A stretch of DNA of 51,452 nt from Chiloscyllium plagiosum (Eukaryota), in contig NW_025214943.1 of NCBI RefSeq assembly GCF_004010195.1, positions 4,584 to 56,035 of the forward strand, given 5' to 3'. The position numbers were made by a program, and so were the translations under genes. Of this stretch, positions 23,976 through 35,815 are shown in pieces. Below the pieces are notes generated by a model. The model made no database searches, was not told the origin of the DNA, and saw only the letters and a list, made by a program, of their open reading frames with translations. How positions within the stretch are numbered: position 1 is the first letter of the stretch; the number at the start of each line of letters is the position of its first letter.

Positions 23976-25669
23976 AATCGCAAATAATAAGGGTCCCAGT
24001 ACTGATGCCCGTGGTACACCATTGGACACTAGCCTCCAGTCACACAAACAGCCTTCTACCACTCCCCTCTTTCTCCTGCTACTAAAGTTGATTTAGATGC
24101 AACTTGGCAAGTCACTAATGAGTCCTATGTGTTCACTGGTTATTCTGTTCCGCTTGACACACTTGTAGGTTATCTGGGGATTTTCCATAATCTTGCCCTG
24201 CCTTGCCCCTGTGTTAGTCAGTCCCCTCCACGCACAGAATTTCCTCCTTATTGCAGTCTTAAATGGTTTGACCCTTATCCTGCCATTATTTGCCTTGAAT
24301 GTGGATTAGACAGCCTGATAAATTTCCTGTTAATTTCCAATTTTCTGTATGTTTTGTGAGTTTTATAAAGTTCATAGTGACCCACCGCTGATTCGTTGAA
24401 ACTCTAGAGAACATAGGCCGAGTTTTCTCGTCACGCAATCTCGCCATCTGAGGGATTTATCTGGATAATGTCCATTACACTTCCTCTGTGGTCAGTATAT
24501 TCTTTCTCAAATTCGGTCACCAAAACTGTTCTCAATACTCCAGGTACAGTGTCACCAACACTCTGTGAAACTGCTTCAAGGTGTCTTTACATCTATATTC
24601 TGACTCCCTTAAAGGAAGGCAAACCAAACTTTAAGTTTCCACTTATATATATTCCTCCAAATACCATTCACACCATTGCATTTTCGAACTCATTGCGTGA
24701 GTTCTTATAGAAAGCCTTCTGATAATCTAAAATCTATACCAATTCTACAGGATCCCCATTATCTATGCTGTAAGAATCAACTTCAAAAAATTCCAAAGTT
24801 TTTCAAGTATGATTTCCCTTTCAGAAATGCATACTGAGTCCCTCAAAATTTGCTGTTAATGTCTAAATAACAAATATCACATCCTATATAATAGATTCCA
24901 ACAGTTTCCCGACAAATGTCAAGTTAATTTGTCAGCAGTTCTCCACACTATCTCTTCTTCGCTTTGTAGATGCTTGGATCCCTACCATTCATCTATTGTG
25001 CTTGGACCACGTTTACTAATGTGCATTTATCGACACCAGCTTCCAGACTCTGCAGAATGCACAGGAAAATAGAACGCAGTCATCGACAATGCAATCAATG
25101 CTTCTATTTATGATTTATTTCTGAAGATTTTGGTATGAAGTACATCTGTTTTTTCAAGCTTTCCAATGCTCAATCCAGCTGCATGTTCAATATTGCCTTG
25201 TTACTGATATGAATTGACTTCATGTCTTTACTTCCACAGGGCCTATACAATTACTTCGTATTCCTGGGTGATTTTCTGGATCTTACTCCATTAAGACAGA
25301 TGTTAAGTAACTGATCATTTGTGTTGCCATTTTCCTGTTATCCACCATAAACACGTCTCTCCCGATTGCAAATTTCCACATTTGACTATGTTTTTTTTGA
25401 AATATAGATTATAGATTTTTGCAGTCTTTGTGTTCCTGTTTGTTTGCATGCATGTTCGCATTTTGATTTCCTGATCAGTTTCATGGCCCTCCTTTTCTGG
25501 ATTGCAATTTTCTGAGAATTCTTAGGATTCCACAATGTCTGAGATTCTTCTGAAGCCACTTCCTGTAATTAATGTATTCTTTAATTTGTTATGTTAGTCA
25601 TCATTAAGTCACTTACCCACTCTTTGGTGTTTTCACCTGAAATAAGTAGACATATCTTTCAGACTATGC

Positions 25670-27110
25670 AGTATTTCTATAAATCTCCTGGTCCTGACCA
25701 GATATATTCAGGAACACTGCAGGAGGACAGAGAAGTAATAGTGGGGGCCCTGGTTGGTACTTTTGTAGCATCGGTAGCCAAAGGTGAGGTCCTGGAGGAC
25801 TGGAGGGTAGCGAATGCTGTGCCTTTATTCAAGAAGAGCTACAAAGAAAAACCTGGGACCTATAGACCAGTAAACCTGACATCTCTAGTAGGTCGGTTTC
25901 TTGAGAAGATTCTGAGAGAGACGATATACATGCATTTGGAAAGGCAGCGTGTGATTATGAACAGTCAGCACGTCTTTGTGCATGGGGGATCATGGCTTAA
26001 AAAATCATGAGAGTGCTTTGGTGAAATGACCAGTAACTTTGACAAGGGCATGGTGGTATACGTAGTGTATATGGATTTCAGTAAGGCTTCAGTAAGGTTC
26101 CACATGGTAGGCTGCTCTGGAAGTTTAGATCATATGGAATTGAGGGGGAGCTGGCAAATCAGATCCAAAATTTTCTTGATGGTGGGAAACATAGAGTAAT
26201 AGTGGAAGCATGCTTGTTGGACTGAAGGCCTGTGATGAGTGGAATGCCTCAGGAGTCGGTTCTGGGACTACTACTGTTTGTCTTATGCATGTATATTGTA
26301 TATATATTTACAGATAAGTGTAGTTCTTGCATTTTAGAAAGTCAAATCAAGGTAGGAGTTTCATGGTGAATGACAGGGTCTTAAGGAGTGTATTAAGAGA
26401 AAGGGACCTTGGAATTCAGATTCATGGTTCATTGAAAGTGGAGACACAGGTAGATAGGGCAGTGAAAAAGGCATTTGGCACACTGGTTTTCATCTGTCAG
26501 AGGAATGAGTATCGAAATTAGGGAGTTATGTTGCAGTAATACAGGATGCTGGTGAGGCAATACTGGTAGTGTTATGTTCAGTGTTGTTCACTTTGCTATA
26601 GGAAGAAAGTTATTAAAGTGGAAATAGTGCAGAAGAAATATACAAGATGATGCCCGGACTCAATGGTCTGAGTTATAGTGAGAGGTTGGGCAAGCTAGGA
26701 GTTTTTACTTTCGAATGTACGAGACTGAGGGAGATCTGATAGAAGTGTATAGGATCATCGGAAACATGGATAGAGTGAATGCACTCAGTTTTTTTCACAG
26801 GATTGAGCAACCCACGGACTAGAGGGCATCAATTTAAGATCCGAGGGGAAAGACTACAAGGGTACCTGAGGGGCAATTTCTTTTACACACAGGGTGGTAT
26901 ACACATGGAATGAGCTGCCGGCAGAAGTGTTTAAGGGATGTACATTCACAAAATTTAAAATGTATTTGGACAAATACACGGAGAGGAAAGAATAAGAAGA
27001 ATATGGGGCAAGGGCAGGGAAATGGGGTTAATGTGAATGGACATTTTGTTTGGAATGGACCAGTTTGGGCTGAAGGGCCTTTCTCCGAGCTGTCGGACTC
27101 TATGACTCTC
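25670..27110 (+). mobile_element. CR1 LINE RT and 3' tail (internally deleted)
   Basis: KSPGPDQIY, DWRVANAVPLFKK...YRPVNLTS and HFRKSNQGRSF...RDLG motifs; ends with 'ctctatgactct'. Confidence 0.93.
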
Positions 27111-28689
27111 ACAATCATTGCTTCTCCCATTGAATGTTATATTATACTTCCCCAATTCATTGGAGCGTACTTGACCCTCTCGCCTCCGGGCTTCCATGGT
27201 GTTTGACCAGAATGTTCAGACATTCGATATTGTATTCAGACGCCGTGTAAAAATGCAACATATAGATGTCACTATTCCTCCAAAGCTGCTTCAGAGCAAA
27301 TTATTACTTTGTCCTCCTGACAACACAACACCAAATCTGAAATAACCTGCTCTCTAGTTTGGTTCACAGCATACTGTTCAACCTACCTAATACACACTTA
27401 CGGAAGTTGTTCTTCACAGCATTAGTAGTCTCTGCAGTTTCGGTGCAAATTGAGACCATCCATTATTACTGCAGCATCCACGATTATTTGTTACTCATTC
27501 ACAGGATAAGGGCGTCGCTGGATAACCAGTATTTATTGCCCATGCCTGAGGGCAGTTAAGAGTCAGCAGTGGGCATTCCAGATATGTTGTGACTGGTCAA
27601 ACCACTCGACATTAAGCAAAATATAATCTATTCAAATGCTTTAGTTAAAATACAATAAAAAAAGAACATTTTGGGATGGCTTATATGTTGGAACCCTTAC
27701 ATAAACAATAAGCTCTCGCACAATCTTCTCAATCTCTCACAGCAACCAAACTTTGATTTCTGAACTCAATCATCATCATCATCTGCAATTTCAGCTTCTA
27801 ATCTTGCCATTGTTTCTCTCTGCTCTTCCACATGAATTCTCACGACTGCAGGAAGTGAATTGTTGAACTTCTCCAAAATAAGAACTGTCGGCTTCTGGCC
27901 CAAGTTCATATGCACTTCAGATGGCTTTCTGCACCACCTCATACTCCCCAGATACCTCCTCCGATAGGGATGCAAATACCTCTCAGCTTTGTTTGGATCA
28001 ACTAAATCCACATGGCTACTGGCCACTGCATTGGTTTAGCCACTTTCTCAAATGAAATGCAAAAGGCTTCCCCATCCTTCTCATCAAATTTAGAGAATGC
28101 CTGGATGTCTTTAAACAGAACCCCATCAGTCCATTGGCTACTATAGGGTTGCTCAACCGCACTGTCCTCCTCATCCCACCGAACTTCTACCTTCATTTCT
28201 GCCTTCTATGTCAACTTTACTCTCTAATTGCTAACTGTTTAAGTTGGAACTCTCTGCTTTTCTTCTCTCCCTTTCTCTCTTTCTTCTTCATTTCCTTTTC
28301 TTTTATTTCTACTTTTCATCATAATTCAAACTGTTTCAATTCCTTCTCATGTTCAAAGTGCCTCATTTGAAATTGAATTCTCGCCATTTCCGAAGAGTCT
28401 GATGGCGGTTCCACTAAATGTAATTGCCGAGATATCGCTGTAATTATCTCTCATTTTCTCACAGACAAACGCAAATCCAACTCCAGCTTGTCTGCCAATA
28501 CCTCCAGCTTTGCCTTCATTAACTTTTAGAAAAACCCCAACTTCACTTGTTCCACACCCAGAGAACTCTTAGTGATTGAAAGAATCTTTATACACAAAAC
28601 ACTGTTTAAACCAACCGAATTCAACATCCGAACAAAAGACACTAACAACTACCATATACGACCTTTGAACACAATAGTCTCCCGGTGCA

Positions 28690-28950
28690 TAATCTCCAGT
28701 GTATGCATGAGTTTATTCTGGATTCGTGAGTTTCCTCACACAATCCCAAAGATTCGCATGTCAGGTGAATTGGCCATGCAAAATTGTTCTTCGTTTTCAG
28801 GGATGTATGTGGGTTAGGATCCATTGTTGGGGTAAATGTGTAATATTAGGTCGAGGAATGGGTCAGAGTAGGTTACTCCTCGGAGGGTCGGTGTGGACTT
28901 GTTAGGTCAAATGGCATGTTTGCACACTGTAGGGATTGTAATTCTAAACC
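28690..28950 (+). mobile_element. SINE nested in the Gypsy internal region
   Basis: 'ggtgaattggccatgcaaaattg' and 'cacactgtagggatt'. Confidence 0.8.
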
Positions 28951-29239
28951 CAATTTGGTATTATTGATTTCGAACCAGACAAGAGTCCCCAGTTTGCTAT
29001 AGACCAACCAGACTGCCGCAAACTATTTTAAGAGGTTAGCTTGGATGCCAATATTTTCTTATTTCATAGGTAGATGTGAAGTGGGTGTTCCAGATGTGAT
29101 GCTACGAGTCAAACCACTCGCCATTAAGTAAAACACAATATATTTAAACACTCAAATGAAAATCCATACACAATGAAGTGGAATTTAGAATAAATTAACT
29201 ATTGGAAACCTTAACCGAATAATGGATATAATACCTTCA

Positions 29240-29530
29240 CTGTTGCCTCCCAGCGCCAGAGACCCTCGTTCAATTCCCACCTCAGGTGGCTGACTGTATG
29301 GAGTTTGCACATTCTCCCCGTGTCCGCGTGGGGTTCCTCTGGGTGCTCCGGTTTCCTCCCACAGTCCAAAAATGTGCAGGTTAGGTGAATTGGCCATGCT
29401 AAATTGCCCGTAGTGTTAGGTGAAGGGATAAATGTAGGGGAATGGGTCTAGATGTGTTGCTGTTCGGTGGGTCGGTGTGGACTTGTTGAGCCGAATGGCC
29501 TGTTTCCACACTGTAAGTAATCCAATCCAT
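29240..29530 (+). mobile_element. SINE nested in the Gypsy LTR
   Basis: 'gttcaattccc', 'ggagtttgcacattctcccc' and 'ttccacactgtaagtaatc'. Confidence 0.9.
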
Positions 29531-30521
29531 TCAGACATGCATTCTTGCACACAGTTTTCCAATCCAGGAGGAAACAGCATCAAGTGAGGTTTCAGAGAGA
29601 ATAGCAGAGAGGGATAATTTACTAAAACTCCCAACCCTTCTAGGACCCGCAGCACTTGGTAAATTTTACATCTACAAGAAAAAATCTGGAAAACCTGTCT
29701 GTGCGAGCTGGGCCATTGTCACTACTATTTATTAAAAACACTAAAAGCCTCATAAGTTGTTTACTTCAGCCGTTTTCAGTGGGCAGTTTGGCCTTTAAGA
29801 TCGCTTTCTACAAAAAAGGGAGAAAATAACCTTTTTAACAAAAACGTGACAGTATTGTCATACAATTTAGATGTCTGGTCCTTTACTCAAGGGGCTTCCC
29901 CGTGTTACTGATAGCAAGATCACCTGAGAGGGGCAAACACAGGTACAGACCAAGTTACAGGAATGTGTCTCATGACTTCTGAAAAACGCCTGTTCATGGA
30001 TTATAACATCGGACATACTGGGAAGGGAACAACAGCTTGACACATCCCATTTCATTATTTCTGAGCTACAAAATTCCAGCACTCGATACACTAGGGAGCC
30101 AAAACCCAAGGCCAGGGAAAGATACAGAGGGACAGAGAGATTCACAGTAAAGACAGAAACAGACAGTTAATTAACTGAGAAGATGTTGTAGAAATATGTG
30201 GAAGAAGACAGGGCAGTGGGAGTAACTGGAGAAGTGAGACCTTCAAGAATAAAATTACAAGAATGAGAACATTGAATAAAGGCATTGTCAGATCAGCTGA
30301 TACAGTTTGTTACATCAAATTCTGAATCTGCTTGATAGAACACCACAAACAATATAAACTGGGACAAGATGACAGCCCAGCATGGAGAGCTGTGCAGGGC
30401 ATGCTAGTGTGTTGCTCAGTAAACTGCACTGTCTGCCCAGCATAAAGAGTATTGCAAACTTTACTACCATATGCTAACTATACTCGCATCAGATTACTGC
30501 CTACAATGGGAAGGTTTGCTC

Positions 30522-30586
30522 TGTGTGTGTGTGTGTGTGTGTGTGTTCATCAGAGACTGAGAGAGAGAGCGCGTGTGCGTGCGCGA
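30522..30586. repeat. (TG)12 microsatellite with adjacent (GA)n and GC/GT run
   Basis: Directly visible. Confidence 0.95.
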
Positions 30587-30931
30587 TAGGCGTGGTTGAA
30601 TGCAAAACTCATTGTTTGAGAAGGAACGCACATGGAGGAAACTATTTTAAATACGAACAACTGGCAGGCTTTTTGTTAATCAACAGAGAAAACGAGAGAA
30701 GTTTCATGGACAGATATGGTAAAGTGTTTGATAATGTTTAAATAAAGTCATTGCCAGACATAACAGCAATATACATCGGCATACAGATGAATGACAGATG
30801 GATGGGAGTTTGGTGTGAGGTCGCATCAGGATTGAAGCTGGGGGCATCAGCAGCAGGTTACTGGCTTCATTAAGACTGTACTTCAAAGCTCAAGATTCAA
30901 ACAGGAGATGGAATAAGTCAGTGAGATATAT

Positions 30932-31240
30932 TAGATTAGATTACAGTGTGGAAACAGGCCCTTCGGCCCAACAAGTCCACACCGACCCTCCGAAGCGAAA
31001 CCCACCCATACCACTACATTTACCCCTTACCAAGCACTACGGGCAATTTAGTATGGCCAATTCACCTGACCCTGCACATCTTTGGATGGTGGGAAGAAAC
31101 CGGAGCACCCGGAGGAAACCCACGCAGACACGGGGAGAATGTGCAAACTCCACACAGTCAGTCGCCTGAAGCGGGAATTGAACCCGGGTCTCTGGTGCTG
31201 TGAAGCAGCAGTGCTAACCACTGTGCCACCGTGCCGCCCA
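30932..31240 (-). mobile_element. Full-length young HE1/V-SINE-type SINE
   Basis: Minus strand begins GGGCGGCACGGTGGCACAGTGGTTAGC (A box), has GGTTCAATTCC (B box) and ends in (TAATC)n. Confidence 0.96.
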
Positions 31241-31814
31241 CGGAGTGGTGAGTATTTCATGTTAGAAATGGTCAGGGAATGGTGTCAAGATTCAGTTCAT
31301 GGTCAAAGGGATGCCCACAGTTGGGACTTGTGTGCTTCAGCCGCAGATATTGGCCAGGGATGGGATGGAAACAGTGGAAGGAAGTGGAATTTGTAACCAG
31401 AACACAAGACAGTGACCTCCATGCTCTTAATATTTAAATAACGAAGGCAATGATACAATGCATTATGGTTCTCCGCTGAAACTGAGTAGGTCAACATTGA
31501 GACCCGTGAATAACACTGCCAGAGCAGAGAGGGAAACAATAATTGAACACCTTCATTAATGTGGTTAGTAGTGGTCTGTGGAGTGAATATCTGGATTCAG
31601 AGTTACAACAGGAACAATAATAGTGACAAGACGTGTAGACTATATAAAAGAAAAATAATACAGTCATAATTGGTTTATAGAAAAGAAAATCTGGACAGTG
31701 ACGCTTACCAGGATAATATACGTATTGAATAATGAGAAGAGCATAATAGATCCGCAATGATAATGACAACCAATCAAATGTAGAAAGATACCAAACTTAA
31801 TCGGATAAGCTCCT

Positions 31815-31945
31815 ATCTATTGTTGGAATATTCCAGTCAAATATTCTCAGATTCTGATCCATTGTTGAAACATTCCAGTCTAATGTTCGCATTTTCTGAT
31901 CCATTGTTGGAACATTCCAGGCTCTTGTTCTCATATTCTGATCTC
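31815..31945. repeat. 42-bp tandem repeat, ~3 copies
   Basis: Unit tgatccattgttgaaacattccagtctaatgttcgcattttc. It explains the LECSNNGSE repeats in ORF 31837-32097. Confidence 0.9.
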
Positions 31946-32354
31946 TCCTCCCCTTTTCTCTGGAACTGCTGATCCCTGTCAGTGCTGTCAGTGATATTCC
32001 CGCTCATGTAATGGGATAACACATTGAACGGCGCCCATTTATCATTAAAAGATGGAAACCCTCCTCTGGGATAATTAGAATCCATGGAGTCTGGCATTGA
32101 TCACAGTCACTGAACAAATAGGCTCAGTTAACCAGTTACATGCATCACTTTTCATAACACTGTAAAATGGAACATTTACTGGGTTTGGATGGAATGGATG
32201 AGGGTTGCTGAGGGATGGACCATAAATCTTTCAATGTTTTTAATATTTTTTGCCTTGTATATGAGAGTATTAACAGAACACTGCAGGGGTCTACATATGT
32301 TCCAGTCTGTTTATGGAAGGAGGCAGTTATAGGATAACAGATCGGATGCATAAA

Positions 32355-32501
32355 AAAAATCTGGATCAGTGGTGCTGGAAGAGCACAGCAGTTCAGGCAG
32401 CGTCCAACGAGCAACGAAATTGACGTTTCAGGCAAAAGCCCTTCATCAAGCATTCCTGATCCAGAATCTGGTTTCCAGTATCTGCAGTCATTGTTTTTAC
32501 C
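32355..32501 (-). mobile_element. Short Penelope-terminal-like element, related to 13398-13597, with 8-bp TSD
   Basis: 'gtgctggaagagcacagcagttcaggcagc...acgtttcaggcaaaagcccttcatca', flanked by tgcataaa at 32347 and 32502. Confidence 0.75.
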
Positions 32502-32949
32502 TGCATAAAGAAAAAGTCGGGTGGACAAGTTTATCCATACCTTAACACAAAGTACGGTACTTAATGACCAGTGTGAGGCTACTCCTGGTTTTAATGCTCT
32601 GTTATCAAATCCTTTCATAACCTTGAGACAGAGCATTGAGACTGCTGCATAGGAACAGGCCGAAGCGATTCTGTCCCTATGGACCTATTACAGAGGGATA
32701 AGAAAAGACCATTCAGCCCATATCAGCCTGTTGCTACTTGAAAGTTGGAAAGCTGGAATATGGCACATGTTGCCAACAGAATATTCAAAACAAAGAGATG
32801 TGTCGCTGCAGCTGTATGAGGTGTTACTGAGAGGGCACCTGGAGTACGTTTTGTTGTCTGTGTTTCTGTAACTGAGAAAGGATGGACCTCCGTCAGATAC
32901 AGTTTAACCACTGCTCGTAATCCACAGGTTGCTGTGTCATTTAATGTCT

Positions 32950-33170
32950 CGGGTCTGTTACACAGGGACAGGAGAAGGCCATGAAGCCTCTCGAATGTGT
33001 TATAGAAGAACAGGAGGAGGCCATTAAGCTTCTTGGGTCTATTACAGAGGGACAGGAGGAGCCTATTCAGCCTCTCAAGCCTGTTACCGAGGGGCAGGAG
33101 GAGGCCATTCAGCCTCTCAAGCCTATTACAGAGGGGCATGAAGTGTCTATTTAACTTTCAAGTCTGTTAC
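32950..33170. repeat. 42-bp minisatellite, ~5 copies (another unit at ~32685)
   Basis: Unit ctattacagagggacaggaggagcctattcagcctctcaagc. Gives the RLERLNGLLL periodicity in ORF 32723-33139. Confidence 0.9.
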
Positions 33171-33204
33171 GCATAAATATTAGTTTTACGCTAGTTGTGG
33201 AATG

Positions 33205-35815
33205 GGAAAGACCTGATGTAAATTTCTAACTTTGAATAAGGGCAATTTTGAAAGTGTTAGGCGAGCCCTGTGAAAGGCTGGTTGAGATATCCTATTCACA
33301 GGTAGAGAGACTGTTGGAAAATGCAAGGCTATCAAAACTTGGATTCAGAGAGTCCAGAGCCAACGTGTTCCTTTTTGTGAGATGGGCAAGGCTGGTGGGT
33401 GCAGGGAGTGCTGGATGGCTAGATATATTGATGCTCTGGTCAAGGTAAGGAAGGAGGCATATGTCAGGTAAACAGAGCTGAGAGGTGTATAAGGGCAGAA
33501 ACTGCATAGTCAATGGGGAAATCGTGCCAGAAAAATGTGGACATGAGATGGCTTTAGAAATAGGGTTAACGAGGCATTGAAGAAATTCTACAAATCCTTT
33601 AATGGCAAGAGATTAACTAGGGAGAGAATAGGTCCCGTTATAGATCAGTAAGGCAACCTATGTGTGGAACCACATGAGATGGGAGGGATACGAAGCAAGT
33701 ATTTCTCTACTGTATTTAATATGTGGAGGGGATTACAAGAGCGAGAGAATGAAAAAATATATCGTGATATCTTGAAAAGTATCTATATTACAAGGTGATG
33801 TCGGGCATTTTAAAACATAAGAAGGTGAGCAAATTCCTGGGACTGATGAGTTGAATCCCAGACGTTTGTGGGAGGCTAGGAAAGAGATTTCCCAGCCTTT
33901 TGCTGATATGTATGTTCATTGATTTCCACAAGTGAGGTGTCAAAAGACTGGAGGGCTGCTAACATAGTGTCATTATTTAAGAAAGTCAGGAAAAACCAGG
34001 TAACTATACATCGGTGAGCCTGACGTCAATGGTGACTAAATTGTTGGGGAGGGGGTGGTTTTAGGAAAAGGATGTATACGCATTTGGAAAGACAAGGACT
34101 GAAGAGGGCTTTGTACATTGGAGATCACATCTCACTGACTCGGTGGAATTTTTTGAGGAAGCAATGAAGCTGATTGTTGAAGGCAGGACAGTGGATGTTG
34201 TCTTTGTGGAATTCAATATGAAAACTAAGATGTTCTACATGGTAGACTGGTTAACAAGGTCAGACTGCCTGGAATACAGGGCGAGCTCGCCTCTTAGATC
34301 CAAAATTTTCTTGAAAACTGCAGACAGGGCGTGACAGTGGACATTTGTTCTTTAAACTTGGAGATCTGTGACCAGTGGCGTGCCGCAAAGATCAATAGTG
34401 GGTCCACTGCCTTTTGTCACTTATACAAATCATTTGCATTTGAGTATATGAAGTATGGTCAGTAAGTTTGTAGATAATACCAAATTTGGTGGTGGAGTCG
34501 ACAGTGAAGAATTATCTCTCAGACTATAATGGGACTTTGCTTAGGTGGACCGAGGAGTGGCAGATGGAGTTTATTTTACTTAAGTGTGAGGTGTTGCATT
34601 TTGGCAAGACAAATCAAGGCAAGACATTTAGGTAGGGTCCTGCCGAAAGCTGCCAATCAAGGAGAACTCCATAGAAATGATCAAATCCCTACAGTGAGGA
34701 AACAGGCTATTCGGCCCATCGAGGCCACACCGACCCTCTAAAAAGTATCCCATTGGTCAAACCCCTACCCTAACCCTCTGAGCCTGCATTTTCCATGGCT
34801 AATCCACCTCGCCTACACATCCTTGGGTACTTTACGCAATTTAGAATGGCCAATCTGCCCTTATCTGTATATCTTTATACTGTCGGAGGAAAACATAACA
34901 TCCGGAGGAAACTCATGCAGACACGGGGAGAATGTGCAAACTCCACACAGACAGTCATTCAAGGATGGAATTAAACCCAGTTCGCCACTCTCTGAATAGT
35001 GGAATCAAGGGTTATGGAGATAAGGCAGGAACAGGATACTGATTAGGGATGATCAGCCATGATCATATTGAATGGCGCTCTGAAGCAGCAATGCTAGTCA
35101 CTGAGCTCCTGTGTCACCTTGTGGTGCAGGTTCTCCGTTCCTTGAAAGTGCCGTCACAGGTAGACAACGCAGTGAAGAAGGCACTTGGTGATCTTCCCTT
35201 TCTTGGTCCGTGCTTTGAGTCTAAACATTTTCACGACGTGTTGCATCTGTACAGAACATTGCTTGGGCCACTTTTGTAATATTACCTTTAATCCTGGTCT
35301 CCCTGCTGTCGGAAAGATGTTGTCAAACTTTAAAGGGTGCATAAGAGACTTAAAATAATGTTGCAGGTGTTGGATGGTGAGAGTTACAGGGAGAGTTTGA
35401 ATAGGCTGGGGCTATTTTCAAGTGTTGAGGCTGAGGGGTGACGTTAAAGAGTTTTATGAAATCATGAGGGGCATAGATAAGGTAAACAGTCAACGTCTTT
35501 TACACAGGATAGGGGAGTCCAAAATTAGAAGACAAAGGTTTAAGGTGAGAGTGGAAAGATTTAAAAAGGGACATGAGGGACAACATTTTCACACAGAGAC
35601 TGCTGTGTGTATGGATTGAACAGCCAAAAGAGGTGGTGGAGGCAGGTAGAGATACACAATTTAAAAGGCATTTAGATGGATAGACGCATGGGAACTGTTT
35701 AGAGGGATATCGGCCAAGTGTTGGTAAGGGGGACGAGATTTATTTAGGATATTTGGTCGGTATGGGCGATCAGACCAAAAGGTATTTCTTCCGTGCTGCA
35801 CATCTCTGAAACTCT
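33205..35815 (+). mobile_element. Decayed CR1 LINE (paralog of 1-2100), with SINE at 34665-35110
   Basis: Colinear with copy 1. EFFEE...VDVVFVEF and LRGDVKEFYEIMRGIDKV. Confidence 0.92.

Larger units (their letters stand above)
20870..25600 (-). mobile_element. Series of decayed CR1 fragments on the minus strand (contains N-gap 23245-23513)
   Basis: Minus ORFs read QYCVQFWS (21099-21284), FFNQRV (22634-22876) and VEGCLCDWRLVSNGVPRASVLGPLLF (23856-24062). Confidence 0.8.
27570..29851 (-). mobile_element. Gypsy-type LTR retrotransposon relic (5' LTR, PBS, gag fragment, partial second LTR)
   Basis: LTR ~28995-29851 starts TGTCACG on the minus strand. PBS-like TGGGGACTC at 28983-28991 resembles a tRNA-Pro PBS. 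gag-like FDEKDGEAFCISFEKVAKPMQWP (ORF 28002-28196). LTR sequence recurs: 'ttccagat...tcaaaccactcg.cattaag' at 27577 and 29088. Confidence 0.75.

Noticed and set aside
31160..31240. tRNA gene-like A/B boxes
   Set aside because: This is the head of a multi-copy SINE, continuing into SINE core and tail, not a standalone tRNA.
32723..33139. Leucine-rich periodic ORF (LRR-like)
   Set aside because: It is the translation of a 42-bp minisatellite; a 14-aa period does not fit an LRR consensus.
31815..33170. CRISPR-like regularly spaced repeats
   Set aside because: Eukaryotic context, contiguous tandem units without unique spacers, and no cas genes.
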